In this document: positions 55,446 through 63,451 of the stretch, one piece after another
Layout of the letters: each line of letters opens with the position of its first letter
Numbering within the stretch: position 1 is the stretch's first letter
Virus record (IMG/VR): IMGVR_UViG_3300029267_002792
Length of the DNA stretch: 64,000 nt
Source of the DNA: a virus
Strand: one strand, 5' to 3'
Position numbers and translations under genes: made by a program
The notes under the pieces: model-generated
Database searches by the model: none
Told to the model about the DNA's origin: nothing
The model's input: only the letters and a program-made list of their open reading frames with translations

Positions 55446-55614
55446 CAAGAGATCAACCCAGTACCGCCTTCCGGTCATTCGGAGGGTTAGCCCCGAACTA
55501 CGTGGGTCGGGGACGATACGTTCATTCTCCTTGCGAGGGGACGTAGAGGCGAAAGGTTCGAGATCTTAGATGCTCCCTCGCTCGTCGGACAATCCAGGCG
55601 AGCGTTGGAGCGCT

Positions 55615-55686
55615 GGGGAGGTAGTTCAATCGGTAGAACATGGGATTGAAGATCCCAGAACGTCGGTTCAATTCCGGCCCTTCCCG
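55615..55686 (+). tRNA. tRNA-Phe(GAA)
   Basis: Cloverleaf, loop TTGAAGA. Confidence 0.88.
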
Positions 55687-55688
55687 CT

Positions 55689-55766
55689 GGACCGAATGCT
55701 GAAGGGAGTACATTGTCGCCTAAACCCCGACTCAAAGCCCTGTCTCTCTTTGACCCTTGTCGGTCC
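55689..55766 (+). ncRNA. Y-RNA-like Y3 (minimal)
   Basis: GGACCGAATGC..GGGAGTACAT...CTTGTCGGTCC. Confidence 0.78.
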
Positions 55767-55769
55767 TGC

Positions 55770-55843
55770 CCGCGTGTGGCCCAACCTGGTCGGGCGCCAG
55801 CTTTGGGAGCTGGAAGATGCAGGTTCAAATCCTGTCGCGCGGA
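55770..55843 (+). tRNA. tRNA-Pro(UGG)
   Basis: Cloverleaf, loop TTTGGGA. Confidence 0.9.
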
Positions 55844-55851
55844 CTAAGTTT

Positions 55852-55933
55852 CCCCCGATAGACACCTATGGATGGTGGACCGGCTGTAACCCGGTTGCCG
55901 ACGGCCAGGGAGGTTCGATTCCTTCTCGGGGGA
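55852..55933 (+). tRNA. tRNA-Tyr(GUA)
   Basis: Loop CTGTAAC, long variable arm. Confidence 0.85.
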
Positions 55934-55940
55934 CCGGAAC

Positions 55941-56012
55941 GGTGGTCATGGTGTAGCGGAAGCACGCCAGGTTGTGGTCCTGGAAGCGCGGGTTCGATTC
56001 CCGTTGACTACC
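55941..56012 (+). tRNA. tRNA-His(GUG)
   Basis: G-1:C73, loop TTGTGGT. Confidence 0.9.
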
Positions 56013-56018
56013 CCGCAC

Positions 56019-56091
56019 GCCCCTGAGGTCCAACTGGAAGGACATCACCCTCCTAAGGTGAAGATTGCGGGTTCGAGCCCCGCCGGGGGCT
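56019..56091 (+). tRNA. tRNA-Arg(CCU)
   Basis: Cloverleaf, loop CTCCTAA. Confidence 0.9.
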
Positions 56092-56136
56092 CTGGATGTG
56101 CTTGTTCTGGAAGAGCGTCGTCTGTAGACTCTGAAC

Positions 56137-58284
56137 ATGGCAACAAAGAGCCCGACACAGCACCACTCCTACTGGGGAGTCGTCGCCAGCGCGAGTCAGC
56201 TCCCGAACGTGTCTGGAGCTACAATCCAGGACGCAGCCGTTGAGGCCGGGGATACCGCCTACGTTACTGGTTCCGGTACGTATCAGTGCGACGACGCGAC
56301 AGTTGGCGCAGCTGTCTGGTCATCCGTAGGCTCCGCCGTTGTAGGGATAGGGACCATAGCTGCACCAGCTGAGAAGGTCGTTTGGGCCTGGAACGGGGTA
56401 GACACCTCGCAGCTTGCAACTCCCCTGGATATCGGAGCCCCGACAGGGACGCTCACCGTCGCCCCCTTCCCCACGGGGTACGATACCCCGACTCGGAATC
56501 GGTTGCTGTATTCTCACACGGGCACGGGTGCGAACCGGATCTATCTCATCGACGACCTCCCGGACCCGATGCCGAATGTCTTCATCATCGAGATTGTCCT
56601 TGGGCCGCGAGGGGCCACACTGGGATCGAATACGACGGCATTCCTGTGGATCGCAGGGCAGGACACCACACACTTCCTGACTTTCAATCGCCACACGGAC
56701 AACGTCACACCGATTGTCCAGGCCTACAACAACATCTCCCCCACCGTCGGTGGGTGCTATCGGTTCCTGGGCGGGGCGATCTTGTCGAACGCGGACGAGG
56801 GACAGCTCATCCGCCTGCGCGTCGAAGTCCGCGACCCAGATACCTCGAACGACCCCGGGATCAGCATCGTTCCCCTCCATCCCAGCGAGCCGGACATTTC
56901 CCCTCACCGGTTCTCCGCGGACGCCATGACACCATCAGGCGGGGCAACGTGTCCCGCCGCTGGTTGGCACTCCTCCTGGAGATCGGGTGGCACGATCAAG
57001 AACATCGGAATCGCCTTCGAGGAGCGAGGTAATCCAGGCGTTGGCTACGTCTCCGATCTCAGAATCCTGGAGCCGATGCAGCAGATCACTACGACGGGCG
57101 GGGGCGGGACCTCGGTGGAGTACGACTGGGCCACAAACTACCTCTACACCCAGCAGAGCCCGGTCGTGGAGAAGACGATCGGGCACGGATACATGGACGG
57201 GGCGGACGTTGGCGGATCGATCTATTTCCGAGCCGTCCTCAACCCCCAGTTCTCGGTCGCTGGTTCTGCTCAGGTCAAGCTTTACGACGTTGGGCCGGCG
57301 CTGGGACCTCCGGCCGTGCCGACGCTGATCGCCACGCTCACAGTCAGTTCGAGCGGGTTGGCGTACGTACAGGAGGCGCTCTCAATCGCCGGCTCTCCAG
57401 GTCTCGGACAGATCGCGGATAGCGCCCGAATGTACGAAGTCACGGTCACGCAGACCTCGCAAGTCGGAGATACGGTCCTGGTAGGCTCGGCCGGGGTCTC
57501 TGACAGGGCGAACTTCAGAATCGAGCCTCCGGCAGTTGTCCCCGCCCAAACCGAACTGTGGGCGTGGGACAAGACCAGCGTGACTCAGCTCGGCGATGGT
57601 GTCGGAGGTCCTACGGCTTCGGACATCCCGACCACGGGCTCCCTCTCCGTAGGAGCTTTTCCGGCAGGCCTGGACTGCGCGCAAAAACCTCGACTTGAGT
57701 ATGCGCACACCAACGCTGGCGCGCTCGCGTTTTTCGAGATTCGGGACTTGCCGGACGACTTCCCCGATGACTTCGTGCTCGAATTCAAGTTGGGTCCCCG
57801 AGAGAGCAGTCCCGGAGGCCTCACAACCAATCCGCAGGTTGTATTGGCGTATCAGGACATCACACACTGGTTTTCGGTGTACCGTGGTGGCGGTCTGACC
57901 AACGCTCACCTCAAGTGTGCCAACAACAACAACGGGAAGACAGCCTACACCTACAAGACGACGATCACGTCCCTCCTGAACAATCAGGAGGGCAGCCACT
58001 ACCGCATCGCGTGCAGCTACAACGACCCGACGCCGACATCCGACCCGGGGTGTGAGTGGGTTCTCCAAATCCCAACGTACACCGGTCGTAGGCGAGCAAA
58101 CTCAACTGGGTGGAACGCAGTTGGAGGGGCAACTCCTCCCTCAACGTCTTGGGATGGCGGATGGAGGACGGGCGGTACGATCAAACGCATTGGAATTATG
58201 TTCGAGGAGATGGGAACTAGCCCGAACCCGGGGTTGGGCTGGATCTCTGACCTTCGCATCCTGTCTTGGGCGCCGCTGGGATAA
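56137..58284 (+). CDS. 715-aa protein with a duplicated ~240-aa beta-rich domain, possibly virion/adhesin
   Basis: Two copies of WAW..SQL...PFP.G.D...HT...DLPD..P...LGPR...WR.GGTIK.IGI.FEE...SDLRIL. Confidence 0.6.
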   Translation: MATKSPTQHHSYWGVVASASQLPNVSGATIQDAAVEAGDTAYVTGSGTYQCDDATVGAAVWSSVGSAVVGIGTIAAPAEKVVWAWNGVDTSQLATPLDIGAPTGTLTVAPFPTGYDTPTRNRLLYSHTGTGANRIYLIDDLPDPMPNVFIIEIVLGPRGATLGSNTTAFLWIAGQDTTHFLTFNRHTDNVTPIVQAYNNISPTVGGCYRFLGGAILSNADEGQLIRLRVEVRDPDTSNDPGISIVPLHPSEPDISPHRFSADAMTPSGGATCPAAGWHSSWRSGGTIKNIGIAFEERGNPGVGYVSDLRILEPMQQITTTGGGGTSVEYDWATNYLYTQQSPVVEKTIGHGYMDGADVGGSIYFRAVLNPQFSVAGSAQVKLYDVGPALGPPAVPTLIATLTVSSSGLAYVQEALSIAGSPGLGQIADSARMYEVTVTQTSQVGDTVLVGSAGVSDRANFRIEPPAVVPAQTELWAWDKTSVTQLGDGVGGPTASDIPTTGSLSVGAFPAGLDCAQKPRLEYAHTNAGALAFFEIRDLPDDFPDDFVLEFKLGPRESSPGGLTTNPQVVLAYQDITHWFSVYRGGGLTNAHLKCANNNNGKTAYTYKTTITSLLNNQEGSHYRIACSYNDPTPTSDPGCEWVLQIPTYTGRRRANSTGWNAVGGATPPSTSWDGGWRTGGTIKRIGIMFEEMGTSPNPGLGWISDLRILSWAPLG

Positions 58285-58408
58285 GGCGAAAGGAACGAGT
58301 CGCTCGGCGTCTATTTTTACCAACTCACTGCAAGTGCGGGGAAGGGTACGTCCCAGATCTCCGAATTTTGGAACCAGTGGATTGATCAGTCTGCCAATTC
58401 ATGAATAC

Positions 58409-58480
58409 CTCCTGGTCGTCTAATGGTAAAGACACCGGTCTGATAAATCGGAAATGGTGGTTCGATTCCACTCCAGGGGA
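58409..58480 (+). tRNA. tRNA-Ile(GAU)
   Basis: Cloverleaf, loop CTGATAA. Confidence 0.88.
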
Positions 58481-58484
58481 CCGC

Positions 58485-58556
58485 GGTCCTGTAGCTCGAA
58501 GGTACGAGCATCCGGCTCATAACCGGACGGTGTGGGTTCGATTCTCACCAGGACTA
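58485..58556 (+). tRNA. tRNA-CAU (Ile2 or elongator Met)
   Basis: Cloverleaf, loop CTCATAA. Confidence 0.85.
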
Positions 58557-58561
58557 CTAGC

Positions 58562-58633
58562 GGGCGAGTGGCCAAACGGGAAGGCGCCTCCTTGACGCGG
58601 AGGAGATCGTGGGTTCGACTCCCTCCTCGCCCA
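58562..58633 (+). tRNA. tRNA-Val(GAC)
   Basis: Cloverleaf, loop TTGACGC. Confidence 0.88.
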
Positions 58634-58803
58634 CCGAAGGTTTGGGTTGGGACCTGCTAAGGACAGGATACGTTGAAGATGAGAGCTGGGGTTCTCACCG
58701 TCGCCGCCCGATGCGCCCAACATCACCGATTCCCCAGGGTTGGTTTTTGGCGGGCGCAGGCCCGCGATGGCGTAGCAAAGCCTGTTAGCCCAAATCTTCG
58801 TTA

Positions 58804-58876
58804 GGGGTACTAGCTCATCCGGGAGAGCGCTACGCTGGCAGCGTAGAGGTGCGGGGTTCAAGTCCCCGGTACTCCA
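58804..58876 (+). tRNA. tRNA-Ala(GGC)
   Basis: G3:U70, loop CTGGCAG. Confidence 0.9.
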
Positions 58877-58878
58877 CC

Positions 58879-58952
58879 GGGCCAAATGCTGGACGGGATT
58901 ACATTGTCTTATTTGGGACTAAAACGTCATCTCGTCAATCCCTTGTTGGCCC
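58879..58952 (+). ncRNA. Y-RNA-like Y4 (minimal)
   Basis: GGGCCAAATGC..GGGATTACAT...CTTGTTGGCCC; compensatory CCAA/TTGG. Confidence 0.78.
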
Positions 58953-58961
58953 TCCATTTTT

Positions 58962-59034
58962 GGGCCTGTAGCTCAGCTGGGAGAGCGCCTGCTTCGCATG
59001 CAGGAGGTCAGCAGTTCGATTCTGCTCAGGTCCA
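58962..59034 (+). tRNA. tRNA-Ala(CGC)
   Basis: G3:U70, loop TTCGCAT. Confidence 0.92.
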
Positions 59035-59063
59035 CTGCGACGAATGATTGTGTCGTCGCTCCC

Positions 59064-59136
59064 GGGTCCGTGGTGAAATTGGGATCACACCTGGCTTGCA
59101 CCCAGGAGTTGAGGGTTCGATTCCCTCCGGTATCCA
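59064..59136 (+). tRNA. tRNA-Ala(UGC), bulged acceptor stem
   Basis: Loop CTTGCAC. Confidence 0.8.
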
Positions 59137-59140
59137 CTCT

Positions 59141-59216
59141 GCCCCGAAAGAATCAATGGCGATTCACCTCCTTGGTATGGAGGAGACGGCGGGTTCGATC
59201 CCCGCTCGGGGCTCCA
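59141..59216 (+). tRNA. tRNA-Thr(GGU)
   Basis: Loop TTGGTAT, encoded CCA. Confidence 0.85.
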
Positions 59217-59217
59217 A

Positions 59218-59290
59218 GCCGGTCTAGCTCACCAGGAAGAGCGTCAGCTTCCCAAGCTGAAGGCAACGGGTTCGAGTCCCGTGACCGGCT
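59218..59290 (+). tRNA. tRNA-Gly(CCC)
   Basis: Loop TTCCCAA, U73. Confidence 0.9.
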
Positions 59291-59291
59291 C

Positions 59292-59412
59292 CGGCCGAAT
59301 GCTCGATGGGACTACATAGGTTCAACTCCTTTATCCGCCGCCAAGGCCCCGCACGGGGCCGCTCTATGGCGGATGCCCTTCGGGGGCATGTCTCATCATC
59401 CCTTGTCGGCCG
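59292..59412 (+). ncRNA. Y-RNA-like Y5 with multi-hairpin insert
   Basis: CGGCCGAATGC..GGGACTACAT...CTTGTCGGCCG. Confidence 0.78.
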
Positions 59413-59415
59413 TTT

Positions 59416-59487
59416 GCCGGAGAGATCCTACGGTTGGGTGTCAGCCTTCCAAGCTGATTGCAGCGGGTTCGATTCCCGTCTCCGGCT
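59416..59487 (+). tRNA. tRNA-Gly(UCC)
   Basis: Loop CTTCCAA, U73. Confidence 0.88.
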
Positions 59488-59489
59488 CC

Positions 59490-59640
59490 GGACCTCGAAT
59501 GCTTAGGTGGGATTACATAGCAATTCGAGTCTAATCGATAGATAGGAGGTTCGATTCCTCCCCGGCCTGCCGGTCCTCCAGGACCACAATTCTAGGCCGG
59601 AAGCTAAATGGGAATAGTCTCACCCCCACTTGTCGAGGTC
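59490..59640 (+). ncRNA. Y-RNA-like Y6, directly upstream of Ro60
   Basis: GGACCTCGAATGC..GGGATTACAT...CTTGTCGAGGTCC; T arm, closed acceptor-like stem, D-like arm. Confidence 0.8.
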
Positions 59641-59735
59641 CTCTCTTGACTATCTCAGATGAGGTCGCTTCTCGGTATTCGGAGGAGATTGGCCTGGCCA
59701 TGGAGCGCCACACTATTGGTGGCAGGGAGGTCATC

Positions 59736-61445
59736 ATGGCAAACAAGAGCCTGTTCGGATCGTCCCGCGGGCGGACGGTCAAGGCAACGGATGCAGTGAA
59801 CGCGGCCGGAGGGAAGGCCTACGCCCTCGGCCCCGAGCAAGCTCTGGCACGGTACGCTGCCACGGGGTGCTTCTCCAACACGTACTACGTGAAGGCCGAA
59901 GATCACCTGAACCAGGTGCTCGACCTTGCCGGGGAGTGTGATTCCGAGTTCATCGCGAAGCTGGCGATCTTCGCTCGGAAGGAAGGTCACATGAAGGACA
60001 TGCCGGCCTTCCTGGTAGCGACGCTGGCAGAGCGTTCTGGGCGTTGGTCCCAGGAGGCCCAAGGGCTTCGTCGGAAGGCCAAAGCGTCCGAGGGCTCGAA
60101 CGTTGAGCAGCTCACAAAGGACGCCATTCAGCTGGAAGACAAGGCCTACAAGGCTAGCGCAGCTCTCAAGGCCTCCTTCCCGATCGTCATCGACAACGGG
60201 AAGATGCTGTTCAACTTCGTCCAGATCATGCGGAGCGGGAAGCTTGGCCGGAAGTCCCTAGGGGCAGGTCCCCGCGACCTGATCCGCGGCTTCTTCGCCC
60301 GGAACCAGCCGAACTGGCTCTTCCGCCAGCTCTCAGTTGGTACGGACCCATCGGTTGCTGACATCATCAAGATGGTCCACCCGAAAGCAACCACGCCCGA
60401 GCACGACGCGCTGTTCCGCTACTTGATCGGGAAGGCCGAGACTGACAAGAGAAAGAAGGGTTGGAAGGACCTGCCACCCCTCGTGAAGGAATTCGAGGAG
60501 TGGAAGCGAGACCGGTCCCTGCCGGCTCCTGCAGTCGACTTCCAACTGCTCACGGCAGCACCTCTCACGGGTGCGCAGTGGGCTCAAATCTTCCGCAAGG
60601 GTCAGTGGCACTTCATCCGGCAGAACCTCAACACGGCCATTCGACGGGGAGCGCTGAAGGCCGATCCAGGGTTGGAGGAGTTCATCGCGGAGAGGCTTCA
60701 GGATGAGAACATCATTCGCAAGGCGCGGGTCATGCCTCATCAGCTGCTCTCTACTTACAAGCACATCAAGAGCGACGTTCCCCGGAGCATCGTGGATGCG
60801 CTTCACGACGCCATGGAACTCGCTGTAGTGAACGCGCCCGTGGCCGAAGGTCGAACACTCGTTGTTGTTGACGTCTCCGGATCGATGGGAGGCTCAATCA
60901 CGGGTTGGAGAAGTGGCGTACCAGCGTCCAAGATCAAGTGCATCGACGTGGCCGCGCTGCTCTCGGCCGCTATCGTTCGGAAAAACCGAGACTCGGCCGT
61001 GCTTCCGGTCGATACGCACGTGCATTCGAGCTTCCGGCCCGAACCGCGGAACCCGATCCTCACCGAAGCTAGCCGGCTTGCCCGGTTCGGCGGAGGTGGG
61101 ACTGCGCTGTCAGCGGCGTTCGCGTACGCAAACCAGCGGAGAATCAAGGTCGATCACGTGGTAGTAATCTCCGATCAGGAGTCGTGGGCTGACCGTGGGT
61201 ACTACGGAAGCGGAACCGCCCTCATGCAGGAGTGGGAGAAGCTACGGAGCCGGAACCGGAACGCGAAGCTGGTGTGCCTCGACATCGTGCCCGGGAACAC
61301 TCATCAGATCGACGGTTCCCACAAGGAGATTCTGCAAGTCAGTGGGTGGAACGACTCGGTGTTCAAGGTCATCTCCGCCTTTTTGAAGGGTGATGCTGAC
61401 TCGTGGGTCGACATGATCGAGAGCATCGATCTTGCAGTGAACTGA
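59736..61445 (+). CDS. rsr: Ro60/Rsr (TROVE plus VWA) RNA-binding protein
   Basis: Start MANKSLF after AGGGAGG; VNAAGGKAY, QIMRSG..GRKSLG, RQNLNT, VDVSGSM, ISDQESW. Confidence 0.93.
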   Translation: MANKSLFGSSRGRTVKATDAVNAAGGKAYALGPEQALARYAATGCFSNTYYVKAEDHLNQVLDLAGECDSEFIAKLAIFARKEGHMKDMPAFLVATLAERSGRWSQEAQGLRRKAKASEGSNVEQLTKDAIQLEDKAYKASAALKASFPIVIDNGKMLFNFVQIMRSGKLGRKSLGAGPRDLIRGFFARNQPNWLFRQLSVGTDPSVADIIKMVHPKATTPEHDALFRYLIGKAETDKRKKGWKDLPPLVKEFEEWKRDRSLPAPAVDFQLLTAAPLTGAQWAQIFRKGQWHFIRQNLNTAIRRGALKADPGLEEFIAERLQDENIIRKARVMPHQLLSTYKHIKSDVPRSIVDALHDAMELAVVNAPVAEGRTLVVVDVSGSMGGSITGWRSGVPASKIKCIDVAALLSAAIVRKNRDSAVLPVDTHVHSSFRPEPRNPILTEASRLARFGGGGTALSAAFAYANQRRIKVDHVVVISDQESWADRGYYGSGTALMQEWEKLRSRNRNAKLVCLDIVPGNTHQIDGSHKEILQVSGWNDSVFKVISAFLKGDADSWVDMIESIDLAVN

Positions 61446-61450
61446 ACATC

Positions 61451-61470
61451 GGGAGGCCTTCGGGCCTCCC
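61451..61470 (+). other. GC-rich UUCG hairpin after rsr (terminator or processing site)
   Basis: GGGAGGCC-TTCG-GGCCTCCC, no U tract. Confidence 0.45.
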
Positions 61471-61474
61471 ATCT

Positions 61475-61546
61475 GCGGCGGTAGTCCAGTGGCTAAGATG
61501 CCTGGTTGCCAGCCAGGAGACGGGGGTTCGATTCCCCCTCGCCGCA
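61475..61546 (+). tRNA. tRNA-Gly(GCC)
   Basis: Loop TTGCCAG. Confidence 0.87.
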
Positions 61547-61547
61547 C

Positions 61548-61689
61548 TGAGCCGAATGCTTAGTGGGAGTACATTGGCATTCATAGCCCGTGCAGTGAAG
61601 GTTCAAGTCCTTCCCACCCGATCTCTGACGGGTGGTAGCCCAACTGGTAGAGGCGCGAGAAACGTCTCTCACGCTCACTTGTCGGCTCA
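61548..61689 (+). ncRNA. Y-RNA-like Y7 (YrlA-type permuted tRNA module)
   Basis: Y stem; T arm GAAGG-TTCAAGT-CCTTC, closed acceptor CCACCCG/CGGGTGG, D arm TAGCCCAACTGGTAGAGGC. Confidence 0.85.
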
Positions 61690-61695
61690 ATTTTT

Positions 61696-61831
61696 GGACC
61701 GAATGCTTCGTGGGATTACATCGCCTGTCAAGCGAGAGGTTGCAGGTTCGAGCCCTGCCCGCTGCCCTGGTGGACGCGGTAGCTCAATTGGAAGAGCGCT
61801 AAAACGTCGTCTCACACCTACTTGTCGGTCC
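61696..61831 (+). ncRNA. Y-RNA-like Y8 (permuted tRNA retaining GUC anticodon arm)
   Basis: Y stem; TCGC-CTGTCAA-GCGA, T arm, closed acceptor, D arm. Confidence 0.85.
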
Positions 61832-61835
61832 ATCT

Positions 61836-61907
61836 GGCCCGGTAGCCAAACGGAAAGGCGCGCGGCTGCAACCCGTGTCATCGTCGGTTCGACTCCGACC
61901 CGGGCCT
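61836..61907 (+). tRNA. tRNA-Cys(GCA)
   Basis: Loop CTGCAAC, U73. Confidence 0.9.
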
Positions 61908-61960
61908 CCGGAGTGTCGCGTCGTTTGCGCGCGTAGAATCTGATAACGAGGGCACTCCAT

Positions 61961-62033
61961 GCTCCTGTGGTCCAATTGGAAGGGCATCCGGCTTCTAACC
62001 GGAACGATCGAGGTTCAAGTCCTCGCAGGAGCG
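61961..62033 (+). tRNA. tRNA-Arg(UCU)
   Basis: Loop CTTCTAA. Confidence 0.9.
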
Positions 62034-62037
62034 CCCT

Positions 62038-62113
62038 CTCCCCGCAGCACGATTGGACGTGCGCCAGACTACGGATCTGGAGGCTGCCGGTTCGAGCCCG
62101 GCCGGGGAGTCCA
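62038..62113 (+). tRNA. tRNA-Arg(ACG)
   Basis: Loop CTACGGA, encoded CCA. Confidence 0.9.
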
Positions 62114-62244
62114 GCCGAAAGGACTCGGTATTCTAGATACGCCGAGTACATCCGGAACCGGGAATCCGTAGAGGAGGCGCCGGAGAGAGGCCTAGCCTGG
62201 AGGAGTCGCGACCTCCTGGACTTGCTGACGGACTGAGGCTGATT

Positions 62245-62316
62245 GCGCTCGTCGTCCAAAGGATAGGACACTGGTCTCCGGAACCAGAAACGAGGGTTCG
62301 AGTCCCTCCGAGCGCT
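62245..62316 (+). tRNA. tRNA-Arg(CCG)
   Basis: Loop CTCCGGA. Confidence 0.9.
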
Positions 62317-62320
62317 TTGT

Positions 62321-62392
62321 TGCGGGGTAGAGCAGTGGCAGCTCATCTGGCTCATAACCAGAAGGTCGGAGGTTCAAGTCCTCCCCCCGCTA
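62321..62392 (+). tRNA. tRNA-Met(CAU), initiator-like
   Basis: 1:72 mismatch, fMet-like body; anticodon stem TCTGG/CCAGA. Confidence 0.85.
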
Positions 62393-62394
62393 CC

Positions 62395-62465
62395 CGCACG
62401 GACCTACGGGTTAGGGGACGTGGCTCATATCCACGCTCACGAGGGTTCGATTCCCTCCCGTGCGA
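62395..62465 (+). tRNA. tRNA-CAU with weak D arm
   Basis: CGTGG-CTCATAT-CCACG, good acceptor and T arm. Confidence 0.72.
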
Positions 62466-62477
62466 CCGATGAAGAGA

Positions 62478-62554
62478 CGGGCACAGGGCTTGATGGTAAG
62501 CCGCCGCGTTCGGGACGCGGAGTTGTCGGGGTTCGACTCCCCGGTGCCCGACCA
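62478..62554 (+). tRNA. tRNA-Pro(CGG)
   Basis: Loop TTCGGGA, encoded CCA. Confidence 0.9.
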
Positions 62555-62559
62555 TTGCA

Positions 62560-62712
62560 GCCCGTGCAGTCTGCTAGTGCCTCTCCCGGTCAGTTGTGCT
62601 GTCCGAAGCGTGGAAGTACCGCGCGTGCGGCGCTGCAGAGTCGTACGTGATGGGAAACACTTGGAGGGTAGCATGGACGCGGTGACCGGGTGCAAGTCCC
62701 GGACGGGTACCA
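62560..62712 (+). ncRNA. 153-nt tRNA-like RNA: acceptor, T arm and CCA with a long helical insert
   Basis: GCCCGT/ACGGGT-A-CCA; CCGGG-TGCAAGT-CCCGG. Confidence 0.55.
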
Positions 62713-62738
62713 CTTTCCACTAGAACCAGGGGTGACGG

Positions 62739-63017
62739 ATGATCAATGACGAGTGCTTGCAGCTGCTAGAGGACATCGCCCGATGGCGAGGGGCTTATGG
62801 AGACAGCGGTCCGGGAGGCATCCTGTACGCTGAGGAGCTTTTCTACAGCGAGACCGGCTTGGTGGCGCCGGGGAGATCGGTTCCGCCTGAGATGTGGACA
62901 TCCGAACAGGACCACAGCAACCGGATGGCTCGTTGGAAAGAGTGGTGCCAGTCCAAAAACGACGATCTGAACAGGCGCCTACGCGAGATACTGGCACGGG
63001 GCCGGAATGAGAGCTAA
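62739..63017 (+). CDS. hypothetical protein within tRNA array
   Basis: 92-aa ORF filling the gap between RNA genes. Confidence 0.55.
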   Translation: MINDECLQLLEDIARWRGAYGDSGPGGILYAEELFYSETGLVAPGRSVPPEMWTSEQDHSNRMARWKEWCQSKNDDLNRRLREILARGRNES

Positions 63018-63023
63018 ACCCGG

Positions 63024-63094
63024 GGGCGATTGGTGAAAGAGAATCATGGCTGCCTTACAAGCAGCAGTTGGGGGTGCGATTCCCTCATCGCCCA
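63024..63094 (+). tRNA. tRNA-Val(UAC)
   Basis: Loop CTTACAA. Confidence 0.85.
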
Positions 63095-63100
63095 CTACGC

Positions 63101-63188
63101 GCGAGGATGGCGAAATTGGCAAACGCACCAGATTTAGGTTCTGGCGAGCCCTAGAGGGCAAGTGCGGGTTCGACTCCCGCTCCTCGCA
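63101..63188 (+). tRNA. tRNA-Leu(UAG)
   Basis: Loop TTTAGGT, long variable arm. Confidence 0.9.
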
Positions 63189-63192
63189 CCCT

Positions 63193-63275
63193 GCCGAGGT
63201 GGTGAAACGGTAGACACGCCTGGCTCAGGACCAGGTGAGCGAAAGCTCGTGCAGGTTCGACTCCTGTCCTCGGCA
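63193..63275 (+). tRNA. tRNA-Leu(CAG)
   Basis: Loop CTCAGGA. Confidence 0.9.
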
Positions 63276-63279
63276 CTAC

Positions 63280-63362
63280 GCTGCGGTGGTGAAATGGTAG
63301 ACACGCTTGGTTGAGGGCCAAGTGGGCGAGAGCCCGTGGAGGTTCGACTCCTCTCCGCAGCA
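63280..63362 (+). tRNA. tRNA-Leu(GAG)
   Basis: Loop TTGAGGG. Confidence 0.9.
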
Positions 63363-63366
63363 CCGA

Positions 63367-63449
63367 GCCCGTCTGGTGAAATGGTATACACACCGGGCCT
63401 AAACCCCGGCGCCTCGCACGGCATGTGGGTTCAAATCCCACGGCGGGCA
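63367..63449 (+). tRNA. tRNA-Leu(UAA) with C33
   Basis: CCGGG-CCTAAAC-CCCGG. Confidence 0.8.
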
Positions 63450-63451
63450 AC

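Noticed and set aside
59038-59060. Hairpin GCGACGA-ATGATTGTG-TCGTCGC with a CGAATG resembling the Y motif
   Set aside because: Too short and lacks the GGGANTACAT inner stem
62560-62712. Calling this RNA a tmRNA
   Set aside because: No G3:U70, no D-loop consensus, no tag frame, and too short
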